Shown here: positions 8,697-17,500 of the stretch, one piece after another
Position numbering within the stretch: position 1 is the first letter of the stretch
Layout of the letters: the number at the start of each line of letters is the position of its first letter
Assembly (NCBI GenBank): GCA_051546255.1
Contig: CP128819.1
Span: 434,001-498,000 of the forward strand
DNA from: Meyerozyma guilliermondii
Lineage: Eukaryota
Direction: 5' to 3'
DNA: 64,000 bases
The notes under the pieces: generated by a model
Seen by the model: the letters and a program-made list of their open reading frames with translations, nothing else
What the model was told of the DNA's origin: nothing
Databases searched by the model: none
Position numbers and translations under genes: made by a program

Positions 8697-10574
8697 CTAC
8701 AGCTCCGAGCCTTCAATGGCATCCACATTACCCCAGTTGAACCCTCCTATTCCATCATGCATGTTTGCATCGGCACCGCCATCCAAGAACAGGTTGAAAT
8801 CGAAATCTATGTCGTCAAGGCCGCCTCCATTAGATCCGGCTCCAAACATTTGGTTGTCGTTATTACTACTACCACCCAAAATTGGGAACATTTGATCATT
8901 CGAACCACCTTCAAAATTGGGTTGTTGAGAGCCATTGAACGTTCCCGATTCTTTGTCCTTCTTGTCCCCTTTGGCATTCGTAGACGCTGCCGGTTGTTTC
9001 TTTGGAGAATCGGCTGCCTTCTTCTTCTTCTTTGTTGCTGGCTCATTAGGTGCTTCAGATGATGGAGTAAGTGGTGTGGTGTATTCTTTCTTGAGGTTTG
9101 TCGACAGATTCGGTCCCAGAGCAGCATCTTGGGACGCACCAAAAGTACTGGGCTTACGACCTCGTTTGACTGGCCGCTCCTTTTTCTTCTTTGCTCCGTT
9201 ACTACCGGGAGATGGGGCTTTGGTGATTGAAGGTGATCCAGACCCGCCTGATATTCCAGGTGATGGTTTTTGCTGGGGACCGGAATTGCCAGTATTGGGT
9301 GGTAGCATGTTCATGTTATTGACATTGTTGGACATGGAAACCAACGAAAAGTCCGTTGTGCCGTTATTACGTGCAATATCCAACCGCTTTTTGTTTTGTT
9401 TCTCAAGAAGCATTAATTGCATCTGGTAGTCCTGGAGGGCATTGATATTCCTATTGGGACCAGCGCTGGTCGCCCCATTGAGCATTTCCCCACCAGCTGT
9501 TCCGTTAGGCATCGGTGGGCCCTGAGCACCATTTGGATGAGCATCATTCGTTTTGGGTCCAGGTTGCGAATTCACAGGCTGAGCCATATGTTGTTGAAAT
9601 GGCAGAATTGCATTCATGGGTTGCTGACCATGCGGAACTTGAGGGGTGCCTTGGCTCAAGCGGTTCATAGTAGCTGGAGACCCAGCCTCTCCAGGTTGAT
9701 ATTGTTGTTGGGCTGCCACCGCTGCTTGGTGACGAAGATTGTTCATCTGGGTTTGTGCGTGCTGTTGGATACGATTCTGTGGCTGCGGCTGGAACTGCGA
9801 CTGAGAACCAGGCATCTGGGGATATTGTCCCGGTTGAGAATGCTGCGCCAGTTGTTGCTGTCCCGGTAACAGACCCTGCTGCTGTTGCTGTTGTTGTTGC
9901 TTTTGAAGGAACATCTGCTGCTGGAGTTGTGGGCCAAGCATTTGTAATTGTTGGTCCAGCATCACTGGCATATTCTGTTGCTTCATCATCATTTGCATCA
10001 TCATGCGCTGTTGTTGTTGTGGATCTAGCTGTTGGGGTTGGCCCTGTGGTTGACCCTGAGCCTGAGCCTGAGCTTGTGCCTGTGTCTGAGCTTGAGCCTG
10101 ACCTCCTACTCCATACATGTTGGGATGGCCGTTCATTCCCGCCAACTCTTGTTGTTGTCTTTGTTTCATCATTTGAAGTTGATAGTATTGCATCGCCATT
10201 TGCGACGAGCCTCGATTGTTCTTGGCTTGGAAAACGTCCCAGAAAACCAGCCACCATTCGAACAAAAATCCCTGCGGGGCATCCATCGCCATTGAGAGTT
10301 GAGGTAGATTATTGTCCTTTTGAAACTGGATATGGGGAGCCTGTCCATCACCAGGAGAGTTCGACGACGACGAAGAATTCTGAGATGTGGGCACATCTGC
10401 CTCGTTGACAAATATGCGTGCAGTTTGAGGTAACCGGCTCTTGATTAAAAAATCGTAGATATAAGCATTTAGAAGCTGCTTGGAATTTGTAGCATGAGCA
10501 TCCAGAATAGACGAAGACGAATCCAATCGAGGACTGGACATCTTGCCAGATTTAGGCGTTCCGGAGTGACTCAT
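8697..10574 (-). CDS. FLO8: LisH/LUFS transcription factor Flo8 (Q-rich)
   Basis: LNAYIYDFL..LPQTARIF (LisH), GFLFEWWLVFWDVF, QDYQMQLMLLEKQNKKRL; Q/QA low-complexity tract; first ATG 10574. Confidence 0.85.
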   Translation of the reverse strand: MSHSGTPKSGKMSSPRLDSSSSILDAHATNSKQLLNAYIYDFLIKSRLPQTARIFVNEADVPTSQNSSSSSNSPGDGQAPHIQFQKDNNLPQLSMAMDAPQGFLFEWWLVFWDVFQAKNNRGSSQMAMQYYQLQMMKQRQQQELAGMNGHPNMYGVGGQAQAQTQAQAQAQAQGQPQGQPQQLDPQQQQRMMMQMMMKQQNMPVMLDQQLQMLGPQLQQQMFLQKQQQQQQQQGLLPGQQQLAQHSQPGQYPQMPGSQSQFQPQPQNRIQQHAQTQMNNLRHQAAVAAQQQYQPGEAGSPATMNRLSQGTPQVPHGQQPMNAILPFQQHMAQPVNSQPGPKTNDAHPNGAQGPPMPNGTAGGEMLNGATSAGPNRNINALQDYQMQLMLLEKQNKKRLDIARNNGTTDFSLVSMSNNVNNMNMLPPNTGNSGPQQKPSPGISGGSGSPSITKAPSPGSNGAKKKKERPVKRGRKPSTFGASQDAALGPNLSTNLKKEYTTPLTPSSEAPNEPATKKKKKAADSPKKQPAASTNAKGDKKDKESGTFNGSQQPNFEGGSNDQMFPILGGSSNNDNQMFGAGSNGGGLDDIDFDFNLFLDGGADANMHDGIGGFNWGNVDAIEGSEL

Positions 10575-11173
10575 GGAATGTTTCAAGTTTGTGTCTCACA
10601 ACTGTTATTAATTCCAGCGCCAATGAAATGTCAAACCACGATTATCAACAAATATGATACAAAACTGGGATCTGGCCCTTGTTATAGTGTCCTTAGCCTG
10701 CCCTATGGGGTAATTCTTCAACCTATCCGTCGTAAGTCTCGTACTAAAAACTTAAACGGGGTGTTTTCTCCAGCCTCGAGGAGGTAATAAATGATTTATT
10801 TTCGTTTTCAAAACAACCTTTCAAACACTATGTGGTCGACAGAAAGTATCTTCACACACCAGGCAATCACAAACTTGCTTAATGTTCTCTCTGGGGGCTA
10901 CTGGACAATATAAGTGCTAATCCTTTCACAGACACTCCGGTGCTTGGTACCCTTTTCGCTGGGCGTGGCTCGGGGCAAATGTGGCTTACCTAAGCAGCCG
11001 ACGGTGTGTAAAAAATTATCGGTGTGGACTTGAGAATTATGGAGAGAATTTGGAATGGAAAGAAGTGGATGGGGAAATATAGGGAAGCTCATAAGTGAAT
11101 TTGTCCTTGATACACCAAAATGTTTGGGATTGAGCGGATTTCTTTACCCTATATGGGGTAACCCCCCAGTTCA

Positions 11174-11237
11174 GTCACGTGACCGGCGCATTGGGAAACC
11201 GGTCCGGACGGCTGTACGTGAGATAAGCTCACGTGAG
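11174..11237. promoter_or_regulatory. Two palindromic bHLH (Cbf1/Tye7-type) E-boxes upstream of FLO8
   Basis: GTCACGTGAC at 11174-11183 and CTCACGTGAG at 11228-11237. Confidence 0.5.
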
Positions 11238-11391
11238 GCTGGCTCATTGTAGGATCGTATCTGCAATAATGACAGGTCCATTGGACCCTTGTTATAGAAC
11301 GGCTCGATAACGCGAAGATGATTACAATAAAAAATTAGCTTCTATACGTGTATCATACAGTATTTTTTTCGTATCGTACTTCTATGCTATG

Positions 11392-12495
11392 CTACTTCTT
11401 CTTCTTTTGCTTGATCTCTTCGTCCTTGACTGGATGTAATTTAATTGTAATAGGGTAATCCGGACGGTTTCCCATATGTCCCTGGGACCAGTCGTAACTC
11501 ACAGCATAAGCAAAGATTGAGCCGTTTCGGTTAAACCCGGTGCATGAAATGGTACCGTTCACATTGGGGAATGATTTCAATTTTTGGTGGGCATCTTTGT
11601 CCCAGAAACTGAAAGTACCATCGCTTCCGGCTGTAGAAAATGTACCATAAATAGGATGGAACTGAACGGCGTTGACAGCATAGATATCGGATTCACTGTT
11701 ACTGTTGGTGCGCAGCCCAAGGGTTCCGGGCGGGTTGGTAACTTTTCTTTGACACTTGAATACGAATCCAAGCTCCTTTTGTTTGGCCTCGTCTATGTAT
11801 TGGATGGCACACCTTCCTTCGAGCGAACCAATGGCAAAACCATCAGCTTGTGGAAAGCACTTGATAATTCTGGTCTGCCATTTCAATGGAGATGGATACG
11901 TCTTGAAAAGCTGCTGTGGATTATTAAGGTCAACAATACAGATGTGACGGTCTGCGCAGCCTGCTACCAAGAGTTTTTGCGTAGTATCCATCGAGTATAC
12001 TCTCTCAGGAAGAGTGATGGTGGACACCGGCTGAGGAGCTCTCATATCCCAGTATTTCAAAGTCTTATCCCACGAGCCACTCACCACAACCTGTGCGTTA
12101 GTTGGCCCACACTCGACGTACCTTACGGAGCTAACTGGAGCATCATGAACACCTATTTGCTGGGCTTGTTGACTGGCCAAATCAAAGAGTTTCACCTGCT
12201 TATCAGCACCACCACTTATGACTCTGGTTCCATCAATTGACCACTGCGCGGAAAATACTGGAGCTTCATGCTCAAACATTGCTTTTCCTTGATTATTTCC
12301 ACTATAGGGATCAATGTCGTAAATTCGAACCTTCTTGTCCCAACTTGCAACTGCCAACATATCTTGTGTAGGAGAAAAAGATAAATCGCTCACAGAATCC
12401 TCTGGTGGATTGTTCACAGTCACATCATTGAGTAGCTCCTTTCCTGTGGCCGCGGTGGCCGTGGTGGGTCCAGAAGATGTACCTAAATAAGACAT
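11392..12495 (-). CDS. GLE2: WD40 mRNA export factor Gle2/Rae1
   Basis: PPEDSVSDLSFSP, SGSWDKTLKYWD, SPLKWQTR, GSLEGRC, FAYAVSYDWSQG. Confidence 0.96.
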   Translation of the reverse strand: MSYLGTSSGPTTATAATGKELLNDVTVNNPPEDSVSDLSFSPTQDMLAVASWDKKVRIYDIDPYSGNNQGKAMFEHEAPVFSAQWSIDGTRVISGGADKQVKLFDLASQQAQQIGVHDAPVSSVRYVECGPTNAQVVVSGSWDKTLKYWDMRAPQPVSTITLPERVYSMDTTQKLLVAGCADRHICIVDLNNPQQLFKTYPSPLKWQTRIIKCFPQADGFAIGSLEGRCAIQYIDEAKQKELGFVFKCQRKVTNPPGTLGLRTNSNSESDIYAVNAVQFHPIYGTFSTAGSDGTFSFWDKDAHQKLKSFPNVNGTISCTGFNRNGSIFAYAVSYDWSQGHMGNRPDYPITIKLHPVKDEEIKQKKKK

Positions 12496-12706
12496 GAAGC
12501 GTCAACTCTGTGTTTTTCTCATCAGTGAATATACCTGCACGTGACCGCGGTGGTGATTTTGGATGCGAATCCTGGCATATCATTGCTAGCATACACTATT
12601 ATTATAGACTTTGAGGACTTTTTTGAGCATATTCGTCTTCCAACCTCTCTTTAGCACCATCTAGAACACCATTCGGAACAGTATATTTTTCACTTAGACC
12701 TTCATA

Positions 12707-15094
12707 ATGGCATTTTCACAACCTACACTGGTACGATTTCGATATACCGATAGTAATATACCCATAATTGAGAGTACAAACCGCTTGAAACCGGCCAAAT
12801 TACAGCGAAATAAGGAACACCGACATATCCAAGATAATAGCTTTATCGACTGGAGCCGAGAATCATATACATCAACTCCTAGTATCACCTCTCGCAAGTG
12901 GATCATAATCGTCTTGACAGGAATTATCGTCGGTTATGTCACCACCGTTCTTGATTTGGCTTCTGCGTGGCTCAATGATTTGAAAAAAGGAATCTGTTAC
13001 AGTAAGCGAGATCAATGGTCGCTCCTTAATCCGTATCTGACATGTCCTGTTGATGAATGGCACAATTGGTCTGAGATAATATTTGGAAGTAATGGCCTGG
13101 TTTCAGCAATTTTTGTCAACTTTCCCATTTTCCTCGTCCTCGCCGTGCTCTTGGTTGGTGGAGCAGCATATATAACCATCGAGCGCCTTCCTGTTATCAG
13201 ACATTCAGGTATCTCAGAAATCAAGATCATCATATCTGGTTTCGAGTACAAAATTGACTCCTACTTGGGTTTACCAGCTTTCTTGTACAAAACTCTTGGT
13301 TTGACATTGGTTGTGGGCTCGGGTGTCTGGCTTGGTAAGGAAGGACCTTTGGTACATGTTTCATGTTGCGTAGTCAACGTTCTTTACGAGCTATTGGTAA
13401 CGTCTTCCGATAGAAGCGAAGGACTCCGCCGTGAATTGTTAAGTGCAGCCGCAGCCACTGGAATAGCTGCTGCGTTCAACGCGCCAATTGGAGGAGTTCT
13501 TTTTGTTCTCGAGTGCATGCCCACTTACTTTATGCCCACCAGGATCATGTGGAACTCGTTTGTGGCCACAACAGTGGCCGTGGTTGTGCTTACAGGATCC
13601 AAAGTGTTTACAGAAGGCCAGAATTTCGACGAACAAGATTTGTTTCTGGTTGAGTTTGGAAATTTTAGTTGGCTTTTCATGGAAACCATTCCATTCGTTT
13701 TGCTCGGAGCCATAGGCGGAGTGCACGGCCACTATTTTGTGAAATTGAACCGTGCTTTCTCGTCAGTTGACTTCAAGAGCAGGGTCCACTCAAAACTTTT
13801 ATCCATTTGCAGGATTTCAGAATCAAAGTACGGCAATTATATTGAGATTATCTTGATTGCAATAATCACCAGCATTGCAAATTTTCCGTTACAAATTTCA
13901 AAACTTCCCTTGAACGCATACCTCAAGGCGCTCTTTTTAGAGTGTCCTGACTCTGACGACCTAACCCAAAACTCCTCCAACTTCATGTGCCTGGCATCCT
14001 CGGGCGTGACCATAGGGAAACTTTTGTTCATTGTTGCTCAAGGTTCCTTACTTGCAGCATATACTTATGGCGTATATTTACCAGGTGGAGTACTCACGCC
14101 GTCTTTAGTTCTTGGTGCCACCACTGGACGTTTACTAGGAATCATATCCCAACTTCTCCAACTGGCTCTTAGTTTGGATTCTTTGGCAACTTGCACTAAG
14201 AACTCTTGCATAGTTTCTCCTTCATCGTATGCGGTTGTGGGTGCTGCAGCATTTGGTGCGGGAATCACCAAGTTCACCATGAGTATCGTGGTGATAATGT
14301 TCGAATTGACTGGCGCTCTCACTTACGTATTACCAATCATGTGTGCGGTAATGGTTCTGAAGTTTGTCAACGACCTGTTGAGCAACTACAACATCTATGA
14401 TTCGTGGTTGAAATCCACCTTCAACAGAGGAATGGACTACATGGGCCCAGTCAATGAGGGAAAAGGTGACGGAATGTGTGATTTCACCAATGCAACATCA
14501 AGAGTGAAACAAAAACTTCCTGATGTACCTCTCTTATCGGTTATGGTTCAACCTAAACTGCTATACATTGTGCCTGATACCGACTATACCATTTCTCTGA
14601 TTCTCGATCTTGTCAACGGCGACAACCATGAAGGCTACCCTCTTCTCTTGAGCACCCGCGAGCCTGTCAGCTTGGGTTACATCACCAAGGTGGATTTAAG
14701 AGCTGCCATTCTGACCGTTGAATATTTTTTACCCCAGGATATGGTTATCAGTTTGCAGGTATCAGGGTTACCAGATATCGCTTTATCACAACAACTACAC
14801 TACGAGAGATCCCTTGGTCAATGCGTAAAGCTAGACATAGCTCCTGATGTTCCAAACGTCATTGTCAACGAAAGTTGCCGGTTGGTTCAAGTATTGGATA
14901 TGTTTGAAAAACTACACTTGAACTACTTATTGGTCGTTTCCAGTCAGGATGATCATAGAATTTTACGAGGTTTTATCGACAGATATATATTGGCGGAGTT
15001 GATCCAGCGAGAGTTTACTGGCTTGTACGACTACTCAGAGTATGAAGTTGATGACGTTGTTAGAGATAGACACAGCTTTGAGTTGGTTACATAA
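12707..15094 (+). CDS. CLC family anion channel/transporter (divergent Gef1-family paralog) with CBS domains
   Basis: GKEGPLVH, AFNAPIGGVLF, VIMFELTGALTYVLPIM motifs and C-terminal CBS-like region; variant signature motifs HSGISE and LFVLEC. Confidence 0.9.
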   Translation: MAFSQPTLVRFRYTDSNIPIIESTNRLKPAKLQRNKEHRHIQDNSFIDWSRESYTSTPSITSRKWIIIVLTGIIVGYVTTVLDLASAWLNDLKKGICYSKRDQWSLLNPYLTCPVDEWHNWSEIIFGSNGLVSAIFVNFPIFLVLAVLLVGGAAYITIERLPVIRHSGISEIKIIISGFEYKIDSYLGLPAFLYKTLGLTLVVGSGVWLGKEGPLVHVSCCVVNVLYELLVTSSDRSEGLRRELLSAAAATGIAAAFNAPIGGVLFVLECMPTYFMPTRIMWNSFVATTVAVVVLTGSKVFTEGQNFDEQDLFLVEFGNFSWLFMETIPFVLLGAIGGVHGHYFVKLNRAFSSVDFKSRVHSKLLSICRISESKYGNYIEIILIAIITSIANFPLQISKLPLNAYLKALFLECPDSDDLTQNSSNFMCLASSGVTIGKLLFIVAQGSLLAAYTYGVYLPGGVLTPSLVLGATTGRLLGIISQLLQLALSLDSLATCTKNSCIVSPSSYAVVGAAAFGAGITKFTMSIVVIMFELTGALTYVLPIMCAVMVLKFVNDLLSNYNIYDSWLKSTFNRGMDYMGPVNEGKGDGMCDFTNATSRVKQKLPDVPLLSVMVQPKLLYIVPDTDYTISLILDLVNGDNHEGYPLLLSTREPVSLGYITKVDLRAAILTVEYFLPQDMVISLQVSGLPDIALSQQLHYERSLGQCVKLDIAPDVPNVIVNESCRLVQVLDMFEKLHLNYLLVVSSQDDHRILRGFIDRYILAELIQREFTGLYDYSEYEVDDVVRDRHSFELVT

Positions 15095-15156
15095 GACATA
15101 TAAGATAGACTTTTTTTTGCAGCGCACAAAAATCGAACATTTGATAAAATGGAGTA

Positions 15157-16317
15157 ATGTCACGGCCGCCCAAAACGACCCTAGTATTCCTCAATCTCCC
15201 TGTTCAAAGCTCTTCGTGGCTTATGGGAATAGATTTTCAATTCTTCAACTTGAAGCAGGTTTTTAAAGGTATTAAGCTGATTCCTGATGGGGTTCATCTT
15301 TTGCATTATTCAGAAGCACTGACAGAACCAGATACTTCAGACAAACAAAACGCACTTTCTAGTCTCAGATACGGCCATTGGATTGAATGCAAAGAGGGTT
15401 TTGTTCACATCTTCTTCTGGGATGAGGAATTGCATCAACTCGTTATGGTTGAAGAGAACCTGTTGGACTACTCAAAGGGTATGGCACACCTTGGAGATGA
15501 CTACAAGTATATGGTCAATTATCCTGGAGATGCAGAAGAATGGACCAAGTTGACGAACATGATTGACTTTGAGATAATAGAAGAGTATTTACCCACAAAA
15601 AACGGGTCTGGAGCTGTCAGCACGATCATGCCGTCCAGGGAGGAAAGAATTGCACTCACCGAGATTCTAAATCGTAACCAGACATCCGACAAAACTCCAC
15701 CTGTCAAAGAAGATGAAGAGGAAATCAACTATACAATAATTCAGCACGAAAAACACAGAGAAGACAGAACGGGACAAGAGTTGACGGATGATCATTTCGA
15801 CAAGTCGTGGTATCTACAAGAGCTTTACGGCCATGATAACGAGTTGCTCATTGCCGAGTTGCAATTGGCATTTGTCAATTTTGTGGCGGTCGGTAGTTTT
15901 TGCTCTGGAATGCAATGGCTAAGTTTGGCCAAATTGGTCCTGACTAGCAAATCATTTTTGGATCGAAACAAAAATTTCTTCTTTCAGTTTCTATGCACTT
16001 TTCACCTACAGCTCATAAAGCTTCCTTCCGAGCTTTTGGTAGATGAGCTCAACCTCCATAATCAGCTAAACATCAAAATTTATGTGGAAGTGATGGAAAA
16101 CTTTAGCGACATCTTTGACGCAATGAGCGGAAATTGCTGTGGAAAAATGAAGCTTAAAGGTAATTTGCAGAACATATGGCACAACATTGTGGCTACAAAT
16201 AAGAAGTTTGGTATAGATTTGAAACAGTTGAAGCGCTTGGTGGATGAAGAAAACTTTGAAGTGTTCAACTTGGAAGACTACGACGAAAATGACGAAGACA
16301 TGCCGGTCATCGTGTGA
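15157..16317 (+). CDS. AAR2: U5 snRNP assembly factor Aar2
   Basis: GID..F....FKGIKLIPDGVHLLHYS N-terminus; DKSWYL, AELQLAF..F motifs. Confidence 0.88.
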   Translation: MSRPPKTTLVFLNLPVQSSSWLMGIDFQFFNLKQVFKGIKLIPDGVHLLHYSEALTEPDTSDKQNALSSLRYGHWIECKEGFVHIFFWDEELHQLVMVEENLLDYSKGMAHLGDDYKYMVNYPGDAEEWTKLTNMIDFEIIEEYLPTKNGSGAVSTIMPSREERIALTEILNRNQTSDKTPPVKEDEEEINYTIIQHEKHREDRTGQELTDDHFDKSWYLQELYGHDNELLIAELQLAFVNFVAVGSFCSGMQWLSLAKLVLTSKSFLDRNKNFFFQFLCTFHLQLIKLPSELLVDELNLHNQLNIKIYVEVMENFSDIFDAMSGNCCGKMKLKGNLQNIWHNIVATNKKFGIDLKQLKRLVDEENFEVFNLEDYDENDEDMPVIV

Positions 16318-16381
16318 AATCACAGTAATAAAAAATTGTACTGAATGAAGTTCTGTAATGCATATATAGTGACAGAGTGAT

Positions 16382-17047
16382 CTACTTTTTCGTTCTTTTT
16401 CCGGTGCGTTTAAGCTTTTCTTCCTTCGTTACAATCTCACCCTTGTATACGTCTTTGCCTTGCTCGAGTAGAGCCGCATATTCTTGTCTATAATGTTCCT
16501 TGTCATCGACTGATAAAAGATTCCAATCGCTGGCAACTGCTTTTCGTGCTTCTTTTGAGCCCAAATGCAGATACACCTTATGATGAGTTGCGAAATAGTA
16601 ATTCCACGCATGAGTAAACGAGACTGTGTTTGCAGCCAGTAGCTTCACACGAGGAGTGGGTTTAGATTTGACAGAGGGATCTGCTTGCTTTACAATATCT
16701 TCTCTTAACTGGGTTCGATAGAGCGCTTGTTCCTTTTGGCGTTTGACATCCGCTCTCGTCTTTTTTTCAACATTTGGCTTTTCCTTTATATCTACAGTTT
16801 TTGCCCACACATCTACCAACTTTTGAAGAGATTCCAAGTCTTCCGCCATTTTAGGATCTTCTACGATGTTGTCTTCGATGACTTGATTGATGGCTTTCAC
16901 CGTCCAACGAGGAGCAAAATGAGTTTTTGGAATAAAAAACCAGCCATATTTACAGTTTATGGCATAATGATCTTGAGGTTTTCGCCATATTGACCTCAAA
17001 TGTGTCTGGCAAAAGGATCTAGTTTGGGGGCACCTACCAAGTAACAT
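16382..17047 (-). CDS. Basic protein with C-terminal HMG box and probable mitochondrial presequence
   Basis: First ATG 17047 (MLLGRCPQTRSF..., Arg/Ser-rich, no early acidic residues); HMG-like AWNYYF...ARKAVASDWNLLSVDDKEHY. Confidence 0.6.
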   Translation of the reverse strand: MLLGRCPQTRSFCQTHLRSIWRKPQDHYAINCKYGWFFIPKTHFAPRWTVKAINQVIEDNIVEDPKMAEDLESLQKLVDVWAKTVDIKEKPNVEKKTRADVKRQKEQALYRTQLREDIVKQADPSVKSKPTPRVKLLAANTVSFTHAWNYYFATHHKVYLHLGSKEARKAVASDWNLLSVDDKEHYRQEYAALLEQGKDVYKGEIVTKEEKLKRTGKRTKK

Positions 17048-17500
17048 AATCCGAAAGCATTTTATCGCAGCCAAAATCAATTCAGTGGTGTATGGGTGTG
17101 CTAGGGTAATGAGAGTAGAACACAAATTGAAGATACCAACGGGGTCAATTGCAGTACCAACGTGATCGCCGAAACGACGCTAACAAATCTGAGCTAAAAT
17201 ATACCATTTTCCATCAAATTTTTTGGCGTCGAATTTTTCGGTCAATTCGGACCGATCCGTCAATTTTCAGTGAGCCGCACTGAAATAGTGCCGCGCATGG
17301 ACCATTCCAGGCACTGGTGCTCAGCAAGCAAACTTAATACTTGAAGAATTAGCGGAGGAACAACCAGCTACTTGCAACTCCCAAATCTACTGTTCAGGCC
17401 GTCACCATCTCATACGTAATATAAATTGCTTCTTCACGTTATCGTCCTGCAGACAAGCACGACTCATATCAATTATTACGGAGCCGATTTTTAATCCCCA

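Noticed and set aside
8757..10411. Multiple 100-240 aa ORFs overlapping FLO8
   Set aside because: By-products of the CAA/CAG/GCT low-complexity Q/A-rich coding sequence.
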